From positions 69,736 to 133,735 of the forward strand of contig CAZNWJ010000010.1 in assembly GCA_964576925.1 (NCBI GenBank): a stretch of 64,000 bases of DNA. The letters are read 5' to 3'. The stretch's first letter is position 1. Each line of letters opens with the position of its first letter. A program made the translations under genes and the position numbers. The notes under the pieces were generated by a model that was not told where the DNA came from, did no database searches, and was given only the letters and a program-made list of their open reading frames with translations. The DNA comes from an uncultured Ignavibacteria bacterium (GTDB lineage Bacteria; Zixibacteria; MSB-5A5; CAIYYT01). Below, one piece after another: positions 43,207-52,313 of the stretch.

Positions 43207-44160
43207 ATGCGTAATACACTCTATCCCGAAATCGAACCGTACAAGATAGATACCTTGGCAGTCAGCGACCTGCATACGGTCACCTATGAAGAAGTAGGCA
43301 AGCCTGACGGCACGCCGGCGCTCTTCCTGCACGGCGGTCCCGGGGTCGGAATCCTTCCCGGTTATCGCCGGTTTTTCGATCCGGGTCGCTATCGCGCCAT
43401 CCTGCTCGATCAGCGCGGCGCCGGACGAAGTCGCCCTCACGCCGAACTGCGCGAAAACGATACCTGGCAACTCGTCGACGACCTCGAGAAACTCCGGCGA
43501 CATTGCGGCGTCGAGCGTTGGATCGTTTTCGGCGGAAGCTGGGGAAGTACCCTGGCTCTTGCCTATGCCGAAACCTATCCCGACAGCGTCGCCGGTCTGA
43601 TCTTGCGCGGCGTTTTTCTGGGGCGTCGCTCTGAAATCGACTGGCTGCACCGATTCGGCGCCTCCGAAGTCTGGCCCGATGCCTGGCACGAATTCCAGTC
43701 AATCATCCCCGAAAGCGAGCGCCACGATATGGTCGCCGCCTACTACCGTCGCCTCACTTCCAACGATCTTTCGCTGCGCAAACAAGCCGCCGTCCGCTGG
43801 GCAAGTTGGGAGGCCTCGACGATGTGCCTGATACCCGACCCCGAGGCCATCGCCGAGATGGCCGACGGCGATTCGGCCCTTGCCATCGGTCGCATCGAGT
43901 GCCACTTCACTCATCACGGCTTCTTCATGAACCCCGACAACTTCCTCCTCGAAAATGCTGCGAAGATACTTCACATTCCTTGCCGCATTGTTCAGGGACG
44001 CTACGATCTGATTTGCCCGATGCGCTCCGCCTGGGAGCTTCACCGGGCACTGCCGCAATCGGAACTGCGCATCGTCCCCGATGGCGCCCACTCTCCCATG
44101 GACGCCGGCATGGTGCACGAACTGGTTCAGGCCACTATCGACTTTGTGTCACTCCGGTAA
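43207..44160 (+). CDS. pip: Prolyl aminopeptidase (proline iminopeptidase, S33 alpha/beta hydrolase)
   Basis: N-terminal …LYPEIEPY…, HGGPG oxyanion motif, nucleophile elbow GGSWGS, catalytic D and H positions; start at the second ATG, which has a better RBS spacing. Confidence 0.85.
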   Translation: MRNTLYPEIEPYKIDTLAVSDLHTVTYEEVGKPDGTPALFLHGGPGVGILPGYRRFFDPGRYRAILLDQRGAGRSRPHAELRENDTWQLVDDLEKLRRHCGVERWIVFGGSWGSTLALAYAETYPDSVAGLILRGVFLGRRSEIDWLHRFGASEVWPDAWHEFQSIIPESERHDMVAAYYRRLTSNDLSLRKQAAVRWASWEASTMCLIPDPEAIAEMADGDSALAIGRIECHFTHHGFFMNPDNFLLENAAKILHIPCRIVQGRYDLICPMRSAWELHRALPQSELRIVPDGAHSPMDAGMVHELVQATIDFVSLR

Positions 44161-44228
44161 TTTTTTATCGTTGCTCGAGGCGCGACAAAGTATAATTCGC
44201 CCGTCTTCGACCTATCGGGAGGGTAGAC

Positions 44229-44585
44229 TTGATACGATTTATTCTCATCCGTTTGATCGTTAACGCCGTTGCGCTCTGGGCCGCGGCATCCTGGATCGAC
44301 GGAATTCACCTCAACGGCACCGTAGGCCAAATCATCCTCGTGGCTCTGATCTTCGGCCTCGTTAACGCCATCATCAAGCCAATCATCAAGCTCTTGGCTT
44401 TTCCATTTATCATCCTGACTCTCGGCCTGCTAACCTTGGTGATAAATGCGCTGATGCTCATGTTGACCGCCGCCCTGACCTCGATCCTGACCGTCGACGG
44501 TTTCTTGCCGGCTCTGCTCGGAAGTATCGTGATCAGCTTGGTGAGTCTCGTCCTCAGTCACTTTCTCGACAAGAAAGCCGACTGA
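44229..44585 (+). CDS. Holin-like 4-TM membrane protein (phage holin 4_2 / YvlD-like family)
   Basis: TTG start after GGGAGGG; four hydrophobic helices; overall similarity pattern to YvlD-type proteins; TATAAT at about 44193 upstream. Confidence 0.55.
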   Translation: MIRFILIRLIVNAVALWAAASWIDGIHLNGTVGQIILVALIFGLVNAIIKPIIKLLAFPFIILTLGLLTLVINALMLMLTAALTSILTVDGFLPALLGSIVISLVSLVLSHFLDKKAD

Positions 44586-44603
44586 AGACGGTGTCGCGAT
44601 AGC

Positions 44604-45437
44604 TTAGCCGCTTTGTGGTTGGGTGTAGTCGAGTTCCGACCCAAAGAGACTGTGGGGGATAAGATAAACCAGCAGGTGAACCGCTGCCGCCGTGATATAC
44701 CATCCGCGGCCGCGCCCTTCTTTGCGACCCCGCCAAAGGGCAATCAACCAGAAGATCATCGCCACGGCCGTCTTGTTATCGGTCATGTCGTGGCCAAACG
44801 GCCAGCCGGTCCAGAACGCCCCAAAAGCGTACTTCTGCACAATCGGCCCCAGAATCAACCCTCCGATCAACAGCAACACTGAGGTCCAGACAGCCTTGCG
44901 GTGAAGGCCGTTCTCGCGGAATACCGCGCCGACACCCGTGCGCGTTCCCAACATCATGGCGGTGAACATCGCCACGATATGCGGAATCAATACTCCCGCC
45001 GGCACTGGGTCCTTAAAGCGAATCACCACCGGCTCCGGCGTCAGCTCAAACCAATCGTTCCCGTCCGTCAAAAGAATCCGATAGGCGACCTTTCCCGCCG
45101 CGGGTTGCGCCGGGATCCGGGCCAGCACCACATCGCCGTCGCGCGCCAGCGGTCGGCTATGCCACGGGTCATCGCTGTTAATTCGTCGCCACCTGAACTC
45201 TCCGCCAATCGGCGGCGCAACTTCAATCTTCACCAGTGCATCGGCGCTTGTTTCATGCGAAGTCGGCAGCCGGAAACTGACGGGATAACCGTTTAACGCC
45301 GTCTCGCCGCGCACCGGCCAGGTCGGACCGGTCAATCGCTGATAGACGACCGAACTCAATGTGATGAGAACGGACAACACCCAGAGCAGCAGCGTTCGCT
45401 TCCAGGACGATTCCAGCGGTGAGTTCGTCTGCGACAT
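44604..45437 (-). CDS. Hypothetical membrane protein (N-terminal TM, periplasmic domain, C-terminal multi-TM region)
   Basis: ORF length, hydrophobic segments, coding-like GC3. Confidence 0.45.
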   Translation of the reverse strand: MSQTNSPLESSWKRTLLLWVLSVLITLSSVVYQRLTGPTWPVRGETALNGYPVSFRLPTSHETSADALVKIEVAPPIGGEFRWRRINSDDPWHSRPLARDGDVVLARIPAQPAAGKVAYRILLTDGNDWFELTPEPVVIRFKDPVPAGVLIPHIVAMFTAMMLGTRTGVGAVFRENGLHRKAVWTSVLLLIGGLILGPIVQKYAFGAFWTGWPFGHDMTDNKTAVAMIFWLIALWRGRKEGRGRGWYITAAAVHLLVYLIPHSLFGSELDYTQPQSG

Positions 45438-45524
45438 GGCTGCGAATATCGGACTTTTCCCCCCTGCAAATCAAGTTAAGAAATCCTTGCTTTATCGCTC
45501 CCAACGCAATATCTGAACAGCGAC

Positions 45525-46652
45525 ATGCAGGCAAGTCCATCCACCTCCTCGCGACAACCGGGCTCAAAAGCCACGGCATCTGTCTTCGTCATCGTCTGCC
45601 TGTTTCTCCTGGCTTGCGGCAACACCGCTCCGGCAGGGACTCCCCTGACCGAGGCTTCCGGAATCTTCTTCGAGAACGACACCCTCTGGATCGTCAGCGA
45701 TGATGTCCCCGGAACGATCTTCGTCTATCCACTCGCCTCGGTTCCCGCATCCGGCGTCATACCGATCGATACCGCCAGCTTGCTGCGGCAGACGATTTCC
45801 TGCGCTGCCTTTATCGGCGATCTCGAAAGTATCGACCGCCAAAGCGATGGCCGCTTTCTCGTGCTCTCGGAGGACCTCCACGCTCTTTGCCGCATTGAAT
45901 CCGATCATGCGGTCAACTCGTGCAAACTCGCTGTGCAATTCGACCAAACGGTTACTGAATTAGGTAATCGCGGTCTCGAAGGACTGGCTGTCAAGGCCTT
46001 GGCTGATGGTCGTCTGCTCTTCGCTGCGGCTTGGGAGGGCGGATACCCCGAGTATTGCGCAATTCCTCACCAACTGCGTTCGTCAATCGGTCATCTGGCG
46101 CTCGAACCGATCGTGATTATCGACACGCTGCCGCCCTCCGGCACAATAGATTATCTCCACAGCCCGGCCTATTATCTGACTCTGCAAACTCCCAGACCAG
46201 ACACCGCCAGCGCTTCAGGGCAACGCTTCCGCATTTCCGACTTAGTCTGGAATCAAAATGCCGAGCTTTCCCAGGGTGACCGCTTCATCGCGCTCTTGAG
46301 TTCTGCCGACTCCCCCGACATCCAATCAGGGCAGAAACGCCGCTTCCAATACAAGTGGCTCGTCCAATACGATTTGACCGGCTTCCCCGTTTCGGCGCCT
46401 TGCGACATTACGCCTCTGCTTAAAGACTGCTGGGCGAGATTCGCTGCGAATGAGTTGAATTCTCTAAGCGCTCCACTGCAGTCACACGCCCGCGAGTTCG
46501 GCGCTCAAGCCGCTGCCGCCAATTGGGAAAATGTCAATTGGGAAGGCTTAGCGTGGTTTGAGCCGGGGAAGAGCTTGGTTCTCATCTACGACGGTTCTCC
46601 CGTCGATCCGCCCTTTGCCTTCGTCATTCACCTGCCCGAAGAATGGAGATAG
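45525..46652 (+). CDS. Hypothetical lipoprotein (lipobox LLACG)
   Basis: Signal peptide plus lipobox; 6-nt spacing to the downstream gene suggests an operon. Confidence 0.5.
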   Translation: MQASPSTSSRQPGSKATASVFVIVCLFLLACGNTAPAGTPLTEASGIFFENDTLWIVSDDVPGTIFVYPLASVPASGVIPIDTASLLRQTISCAAFIGDLESIDRQSDGRFLVLSEDLHALCRIESDHAVNSCKLAVQFDQTVTELGNRGLEGLAVKALADGRLLFAAAWEGGYPEYCAIPHQLRSSIGHLALEPIVIIDTLPPSGTIDYLHSPAYYLTLQTPRPDTASASGQRFRISDLVWNQNAELSQGDRFIALLSSADSPDIQSGQKRRFQYKWLVQYDLTGFPVSAPCDITPLLKDCWARFAANELNSLSAPLQSHAREFGAQAAAANWENVNWEGLAWFEPGKSLVLIYDGSPVDPPFAFVIHLPEEWR

Positions 46653-46658
46653 GGAAAC

Positions 46659-47843
46659 ATGCTAGGCAGGAAAGCCGGCTGGGTGGTGTCTGCAATCCTC
46701 GTTTTGCTTTGGGGCTATGGCATCTACTCTCTGGCCACGAGCGACTCATATCAATGGGATTTCAAGACCTACTATCACGCCGCCGAAGCTCACGCCCGCG
46801 GCCTTGACTGGTGGGATCCGGCAGTCCTGAGCCAGGTAGCTCAGATCGAGATCAAGCTGGCCTACGTTTATCCCCCGGCTTCGATTTGGCTATTCCAACC
46901 ATTCACTTGGTTCAACTACGACGTTGCCTACCAGATCTGGCTGTTCCTCAAGCTGTTCCTTCTAGCGGTCCTGATCTTCCTTTGGTATCGCATTATCCTT
47001 ACTGAGCACGATCTGCCTCTGTTTCTGCTCTTTGTAACATTGGCCTTTGGCTCCGCTGCCTACTGGGACCTTGTGGCAGGGAATATCGGCATTGTCGAAC
47101 AAGCCGTCATCTGGCTCGCGATCTGGGCGCTGCTGAAAGACAGACTCTGGCTATTCGTCGTCGGCGTCTTGCTCGTTTCGCTCTTTAAGTTGACCTTCAT
47201 TGCCTTCCTGCTTCTGCCGCTATTGCTCAGGCGGGGGCACAGCTATCGGCCAATTCTCGCCGGCGGAATCTTCTTCGTCGCCTATCTGGCAGCAAATCAG
47301 ATTCTCTCTGCGCGCGAATCGAGCGTCTTCTGGTCGATCCTGCGCGGTATCGACGAACGCGGCGAAGCCTATAATCACTCGCTTCTGGCGTTCTGCCGCG
47401 ATATTTGGGAAGCCATCGCCCGGCCACTGGGCGCTGAGTCTACAGCGCTCGTCGGGGGCTCGATTGTCTTTGCTGTGGCTGCATTCATCTTGGTCGTATT
47501 GAGCTGGCGTTGGTGGAAAAATAGAGAAACCTCCGAAATGTCGACCGATCCCATGGCCGCGATCGCGCTCTTCTGCGTGACGTATGCGCTGATTATGCCG
47601 CGGATGAAGACCTATTCCCTCATTCTCCTGATTCCGCCCACTTGGTACGTTATCCGCCGGTCGCTTCGCCCCTCCGTCTTTGTGCTGCTGTTTCTCGTCG
47701 TCTCTTTAACCAAGTGGACGCCGCTCCCCGTCCCCGACCTGGCGCGTTTGCTGTGGTGGTATTATCCCTGGCTGACCGCGCTTCTCATCTGGGGTGTTTT
47801 GCTTACTCACAAGAGCGCTCGCACCTCAACCATCCCGAGCTGA
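46659..47843 (+). CDS. Polytopic membrane protein, DUF2029/GT87-like (putative glycosyl/mannosyltransferase)
   Basis: ≥9 TM helices; N-terminal …YHAAEA…DPY-like loop typical of GT-C fold transferases; family assignment tentative. Confidence 0.5.
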   Translation: MLGRKAGWVVSAILVLLWGYGIYSLATSDSYQWDFKTYYHAAEAHARGLDWWDPAVLSQVAQIEIKLAYVYPPASIWLFQPFTWFNYDVAYQIWLFLKLFLLAVLIFLWYRIILTEHDLPLFLLFVTLAFGSAAYWDLVAGNIGIVEQAVIWLAIWALLKDRLWLFVVGVLLVSLFKLTFIAFLLLPLLLRRGHSYRPILAGGIFFVAYLAANQILSARESSVFWSILRGIDERGEAYNHSLLAFCRDIWEAIARPLGAESTALVGGSIVFAVAAFILVVLSWRWWKNRETSEMSTDPMAAIALFCVTYALIMPRMKTYSLILLIPPTWYVIRRSLRPSVFVLLFLVVSLTKWTPLPVPDLARLLWWYYPWLTALLIWGVLLTHKSARTSTIPS

Positions 47844-48364
47844 ACTCGGAATCGTCCAAATCGAGTTCTACCCGAAAATACAGGAACCCTGCTGAACGTT
47901 GCCAGAGGGTTCCATGCACCGATGTAGAATGACGAGACGAATTCCTTCGTCCCCTCCCTTAACAGAGTCGCACCCGCTGTTGTTCGTACAGTCTAGAATT
48001 TTCCGTTGAAGCTTTGTCGGCGCTGCGTGGGACCATAAACACAAAAGGAGTTCCTCCCTCACAAAGGAACTCCTTCATCCCCTCCTCTTCAGTACCCTTC
48101 ACCGCCAAAGTGTTTCTTAAGAGTAACTGACTTCGGCACTTTTTTAAACACATCTTGTGCCAAAGTCGCCTCAGAGTTTGAGTTCACGCAATCTGCTGTT
48201 CGTCAATAACTTACCGGAAGGCGATACGTGTGACTCTAACAAAGCACGAGATATAATCGCAGTTCATGCGCTGGTTTCTTGTAACCCATACTCTTATCAC
48301 TCGGCCAACCTTTTGATCGATAAACGCTTAACTGATCGCAAATGCTGCGGGGCACAAAACACGA

Positions 48365-48386
48365 AAGGGCGCTGCGATGCGCCCTT
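48365..48386 (-). terminator. Intrinsic terminator for lpdA (stem aagggcgc/gcgccctt; on the - strand followed by ttcgtgttttgtg)
   Basis: Inverted repeat plus U-rich tail read directly, 27 nt past the lpdA stop. Confidence 0.45.
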
Positions 48387-48412
48387 CGCTGGCCAATCTG
48401 GATAAACTTACT

Positions 48413-49822
48413 CTACTTCGTCGCCTTCTTCGGAGTGTGAACCGACATCCCGTGGACATCATGCACTGCTTCCATCAAAGCTTCTGCCAACACCGGGTGA
48501 GCATGGAAAACGTCACCCAATTGATGCGCTGTCATATCGTTCTGAATCGCCACCGCCGCTTCATGAATCAGGTCTGTCGCATGCGCCCCGACAATGTGAA
48601 CTCCCAGGATCTTGTCGGTCTTGTCGTCCGCGATCACTTTAACATGGCCCGCCAGTTCGCGCTCGGCTTTCGACTTGCCCAGGACGCGGAACATGAACTG
48701 CCCGGTCCGCACCTTGTGCCCTTTTTCTTCGGCCTTCTGCTGCGACAATCCAACTGAGCCGACTTCTGGATCAGTGAAGATCGTGATCGGTACCGCCTTG
48801 TAATTGACCTTCGTCGGTTTGCCAAGTGCGTTCGCCGCCGCCACCAAACCCTCGTGCGAAGCGGTATACGCAAGCAAGTAAACACCGGCGCAGTCGCCTA
48901 TCGCATAGATCCCCTTCACCGAAGTCTCCATCTTGTCGTTGACCTTGATCGAGCCGTTCTTGTTCAGTTCCACGCCGATCTTCTCAAGGTTGATGTCTTC
49001 AGTGTTAAACGACCGGCCAACTGATACCAGCACTTTCTCCGATGTAATCGACTTACCCGATTGCAGCTTGCAGACCGTGCCGCCGGCGCCGCTTTCGACC
49101 GAAAGCACTTTCTCGCCCGTGAATATCTCTGCTCCATGCTTCTTCAGTTCGCGCTCGATCGCTTTGGAGGTATCGATATCCTCAAATGGCAGCAGATTCG
49201 GCAGCATCTCGACGACACTCACCTTGGTGCCGAGTACAGCGTAGAGGCACGCGAATTCGCAGCCAATCACGCCCCCGCCGATAATCGTCAGCGACTGCGG
49301 TATCGCCTTCGGGTGAATCAGTTCATCCGAAGAGATGACCGAATCGCCGTTGAAGGGAAATGCCGGGATATTCAACGGCCGTGAGCCGGTCGCAATAATG
49401 ATCTTGTCGGCCTCGACCGCTTGCTGCGATCCATCCGCCATCTCGACAATCAGCCGGTCCTTGCGCTCGAAATGCCCGAAGCCGTTGTAGTGCGTCACGC
49501 CGTAAGATTTGAACAGAAACCCGATACCGCTCACCAGTTCGTTGACCACTGTGTTCTTGCGCTCCACCATTTTGGCGACATTGATCTGCGGCGTCCCAGA
49601 AAGCTCAATGCCGAACTCCGAGGCTTCCTTGATTTTCTTGAATAAGTGCGCGGTCGCAATGAATGTCTTGGTCGGTATACAGCCCCAGTTCAGACAGATG
49701 CCGCCCAGCTTGTCTTCTTCAATGCAAGCGACTCTGGCCCCTAACTGCGCCGCGCGAATCGCCGCCACATACCCGCCGGGACCGCCACCCAGAACTATCA
49801 GATCATATTTTTCAGCCATCAC
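48413..49822 (-). CDS. lpdA: Dihydrolipoyl dehydrogenase (E3)
   Basis: FAD-binding GGGPGGY, redox-active disulfide GGICLNWGCIPTK, NAD-binding GGGVIGCE, C-terminal HAHPVLAEAL dimerisation/His-Pro-Glu region. Confidence 0.9.
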   Translation of the reverse strand: MMAEKYDLIVLGGGPGGYVAAIRAAQLGARVACIEEDKLGGICLNWGCIPTKTFIATAHLFKKIKEASEFGIELSGTPQINVAKMVERKNTVVNELVSGIGFLFKSYGVTHYNGFGHFERKDRLIVEMADGSQQAVEADKIIIATGSRPLNIPAFPFNGDSVISSDELIHPKAIPQSLTIIGGGVIGCEFACLYAVLGTKVSVVEMLPNLLPFEDIDTSKAIERELKKHGAEIFTGEKVLSVESGAGGTVCKLQSGKSITSEKVLVSVGRSFNTEDINLEKIGVELNKNGSIKVNDKMETSVKGIYAIGDCAGVYLLAYTASHEGLVAAANALGKPTKVNYKAVPITIFTDPEVGSVGLSQQKAEEKGHKVRTGQFMFRVLGKSKAERELAGHVKVIADDKTDKILGVHIVGAHATDLIHEAAVAIQNDMTAHQLGDVFHAHPVLAEALMEAVHDVHGMSVHTPKKATK

Positions 49823-49935
49823 CTATCCTTTAGAATCGTTCCTATCACAGGCATATACGTCGCCAAATGGCCACTTAGGTAATATCGCCCGCAGGAAAAG
49901 TAAAGCGAATTTGCGGAGCAACCGTTCGCGGCTAA

Positions 49936-50628
49936 CTACCCACCCAGCGCAAATTCCGCTGCCGCGCGCGCATGCACCACCGCTGTATCGATCAGCGGCA
50001 GGGAACAGTCTTCCGGCTTGATCAACAGCGGAATCTCGGTGCAGCCCAGGATCACTCCGTTCGCACCTTTCTTGGTTGATTCATCAATGATGTCCAGGTA
50101 ACGACGTTTTGTTTCTGGCTTGAAAATCCCGCGCCCCAATTCCTGATAGATCGATTCATGCACGAACGTCCGCTCCGGCTCGTCCGGAATCAGGCACTCG
50201 ATCCCCTGTCGACCCAGCCGCCCCTTGATAAAATCATCTTCCATCGTGAATCGCGTCCCCAGCAGCGCCACCTTGGTCAATCCAAGTCTCCGAATCTCCG
50301 CCGCCGTCGCATCAGCGATATGAAGCAGGGGAATCGAAATCGCATCCTGGACGGCGTCGGCGACCTTGTGCGGCGTATTGGCGCAAATCACCAGACACTC
50401 GGCGCCGGCCTTTTCGAGGCTGACGGCAATCGCGCTCAGCCAGGCAGCCACCCCTTTCCAATTTCCTGCAGCACTCATGCGCGCCAGCTCTTCCAGATTC
50501 AGCGAGTACATATAGATCGGTGCCGAACTCAAGCCTCCGCGTCGCTCGGCCACGATCTGATTAATCATCCGATAGTAATCGATCGTCGACAGCCAACTCG
50601 TGCCGCCGATTAGTCCCAAAGTCTTCAT
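49936..50628 (-). CDS. Aspartate/glutamate racemase family protein (aspartate racemase-like)
   Basis: Two catalytic Cys-containing motifs (…ICANTPH…, …ILGCTEIPLL…); length 230 aa. Confidence 0.8.
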   Translation of the reverse strand: MKTLGLIGGTSWLSTIDYYRMINQIVAERRGGLSSAPIYMYSLNLEELARMSAAGNWKGVAAWLSAIAVSLEKAGAECLVICANTPHKVADAVQDAISIPLLHIADATAAEIRRLGLTKVALLGTRFTMEDDFIKGRLGRQGIECLIPDEPERTFVHESIYQELGRGIFKPETKRRYLDIIDESTKKGANGVILGCTEIPLLIKPEDCSLPLIDTAVVHARAAAEFALGG

Positions 50629-50815
50629 TGAGTCCTCGATTCAAGCAAAGTAGCTTTCCCGCGGTTTCTCATGTCGATTTCAACCGCCCGCAAACCTGTA
50701 ACACAACTGACTATACGAAGAACCCCGCCGGCTTTCCTTTCGATTCCTCAAATAAACCCAAATGCGATTGACATTCTCACCGCAGATTGTCAACATCATC
50801 CAATATCGATAATCG

Positions 50816-50936
50816 ATTCCCCTCTCGAGAGGGGTGGATCGAGCCCGCCGTTGACGATGCTCCGCTCTCGTCAGCTCGCGATAGTTTGAGAGAACACTCC
50901 TCGCGACTTTCACTGCGGGCTCGAGACGGGGTGTGT
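50816..50936 (+). repeat. 121-bp direct repeat, copy A (begins with perfect palindrome CCCCTCTCGAGAGGGG, ends …GCGGGCTCGAGACGGGGTGTGT)
   Basis: Identical but for 2 mismatches to 51679..51799 (read directly). Confidence 0.7.
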
Positions 50937-50961
50937 CGATTGCTTCTTAGAAACACGTCTC

Positions 50962-51330
50962 ATGCGTCAGAAGCACCTATCATACGACCCGAAGCTCAAG
51001 CGGCGTGCAAGTGCATTACGCAAATCAGGAAATCTCGCTGAAGTTCTCCTTTGGCAGCAACTCAAAGGGCGCCAACTGCGCGGCTATGATTTCCATCGAC
51101 AGAAGCCGATAGGGCGCTACATTGTCGATTTCTATTGCCCAAGTCTCCAGTTGGCGATAGAGATTGATGGAATCAGCCATGCGGACAGAGAAGAGTCCGA
51201 TCGAAGGCGCCAACTAGAACTCGAAGAGATGGGAGTGCGACTTCTTCGATTTTATGATTGCGACGTTCGCAATAATCTGGAAGGTGTGCTCTTGGCGATT
51301 GAGGAATGGATTGTGGCTGATTGCTCGTGA
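50962..51330 (+). CDS. DUF559 domain protein (Vsr/Mrr-like endonuclease fold)
   Basis: …LRGYDFHRQKPIGRYIVDFYCPSLQLAIEIDGISH… matches the DUF559 core (D…E-x-D… restriction-endonuclease-like). Confidence 0.7.
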   Translation: MRQKHLSYDPKLKRRASALRKSGNLAEVLLWQQLKGRQLRGYDFHRQKPIGRYIVDFYCPSLQLAIEIDGISHADREESDRRRQLELEEMGVRLLRFYDCDVRNNLEGVLLAIEEWIVADCS

Positions 51331-51336
51331 TACCGG

Positions 51337-51358
51337 GAACACACCCCGTCTCGTGCCC
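51337..51358 (-). repeat. 22-bp inverted copy (1 mismatch) of the 3' end of the 121-bp repeat, immediately after the DUF559 stop
   Basis: ACACACCCCGTCTCGTGCCCGC is the reverse complement of GCGGGCTCGAGACGGGGTGTGT apart from one base. Confidence 0.5.
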
Positions 51359-51678
51359 GCGTCTGATCTCCCAACAGTAGACCGGGGGCCAATATTCAGC
51401 ATCAATTGCCACCGTTCGCTTAGAAAGTTCCGGGCACGAGCCACCCCTCTCGAGAGGGGAATCGTTCTGATCGCGTGGCGTCATCGTGAGTGCATCGAGA
51501 GGGCCAGACGAAATCTGGAAAGTGAGAAGGGATCCTGTTGTCGGAGATCTCCTCTCGAGTGGGATTAGTCAGAAGACATAGCAAATCCCATCACGAGTCT
51601 TGGGGTTAACCGGCAACCCCTTTGAAAGGTTGAATCAGGAAGACTGCCAACTTCATTCCCGTTTCTTAGGATTAGTCA

Positions 51679-51799
51679 ATTCCCCTCTTGAGAGGGGTGG
51701 ATCGAGCCCGCCGTTGACGATGCTCCGCTCTCGTCAGCTCGCGATAGTTTGAGAGAACACTCCTCGCGACTTTCACTGCGAGCTCGAGACGGGGTGTGT
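51679..51799 (+). repeat. 121-bp direct repeat, copy B
   Basis: See copy A; the palindrome has one mismatch (CCCCTCTTGAGAGGGG). Confidence 0.7.
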
Positions 51800-51821
51800 T
51801 CCTTACTCCCGCCAGGCTGAC

Positions 51822-52310
51822 TCAGTCATCACATTCCCACTCACCACCAACCGCCTTACGACACTGCATAAATGCCGGCGCATCGAACTGCACTTCGTTA
51901 GTGTCGATCAAGTAGTAGTGCGAGAACACGAACGGGGAGGCCGGAATTTCGGCGATATAATCCGGGACAAGCTCTGCAAGTCTGAGCGCCGGTCTCCCCT
52001 CGCTGTTTTGGTGTCGCTCGAGCGCTGCCACGATCAGGTCGCCGCGCCCTTTGGCGACGTCGTAGAGCGCCGAACCAATAGATCTCGCTGCGATCACTCC
52101 TGCGGCAACAATCAGGAATCCCGTTAGAATCACGGTCTTTCGACGATGTTTATTCCAGACCGCATAATACAACCCGATCGGGATCGGTGCGAAGATGCTC
52201 AAGAACAGCAGATGGTTGAACACGGAAATTCCGACCACGTAAGCCGATCCCAACACCCCTACCACGCAAGTGACCGCCTGAGCCGCCAAAGCCAGCGCCA
52301 ATCGATTCAA
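51822..52310 (-). CDS. Hypothetical membrane protein (3 TM plus C-terminal soluble domain with paired Cys)
   Basis: ORF with hydrophobic N-terminal half; 4-nt gap to the acyl-CoA dehydrogenase gene. Confidence 0.45.
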   Translation of the reverse strand: MNRLALALAAQAVTCVVGVLGSAYVVGISVFNHLLFLSIFAPIPIGLYYAVWNKHRRKTVILTGFLIVAAGVIAARSIGSALYDVAKGRGDLIVAALERHQNSEGRPALRLAELVPDYIAEIPASPFVFSHYYLIDTNEVQFDAPAFMQCRKAVGGEWECDD

Positions 52311-52313
52311 TGC

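Noticed and set aside
44161-44228. Intrinsic terminator after pip (T-run ttttttat at 44161)
   Set aside because: There is no convincing GC-rich hairpin immediately upstream of the T-run. The stretch is more likely part of the promoter/5' region of the holin-like gene (TATAAT at about 44193).
47844-48412. tmRNA, RNase P RNA or SRP RNA in the long intergenic region
   Set aside because: I could not find the conserved tmRNA 5'/3' tRNA-like ends, RNase P P4 sequences or the SRP domain IV motif by eye. Only a partial 'ccggaagg' resemblance is present; left as an unassigned structured region.
50629-51821. CRISPR array suggested by the repeated 121-bp units and palindromes
   Set aside because: There are only two long, non-uniformly spaced direct repeats with a gene between them, no short regular repeat-spacer periodicity, and no cas genes.
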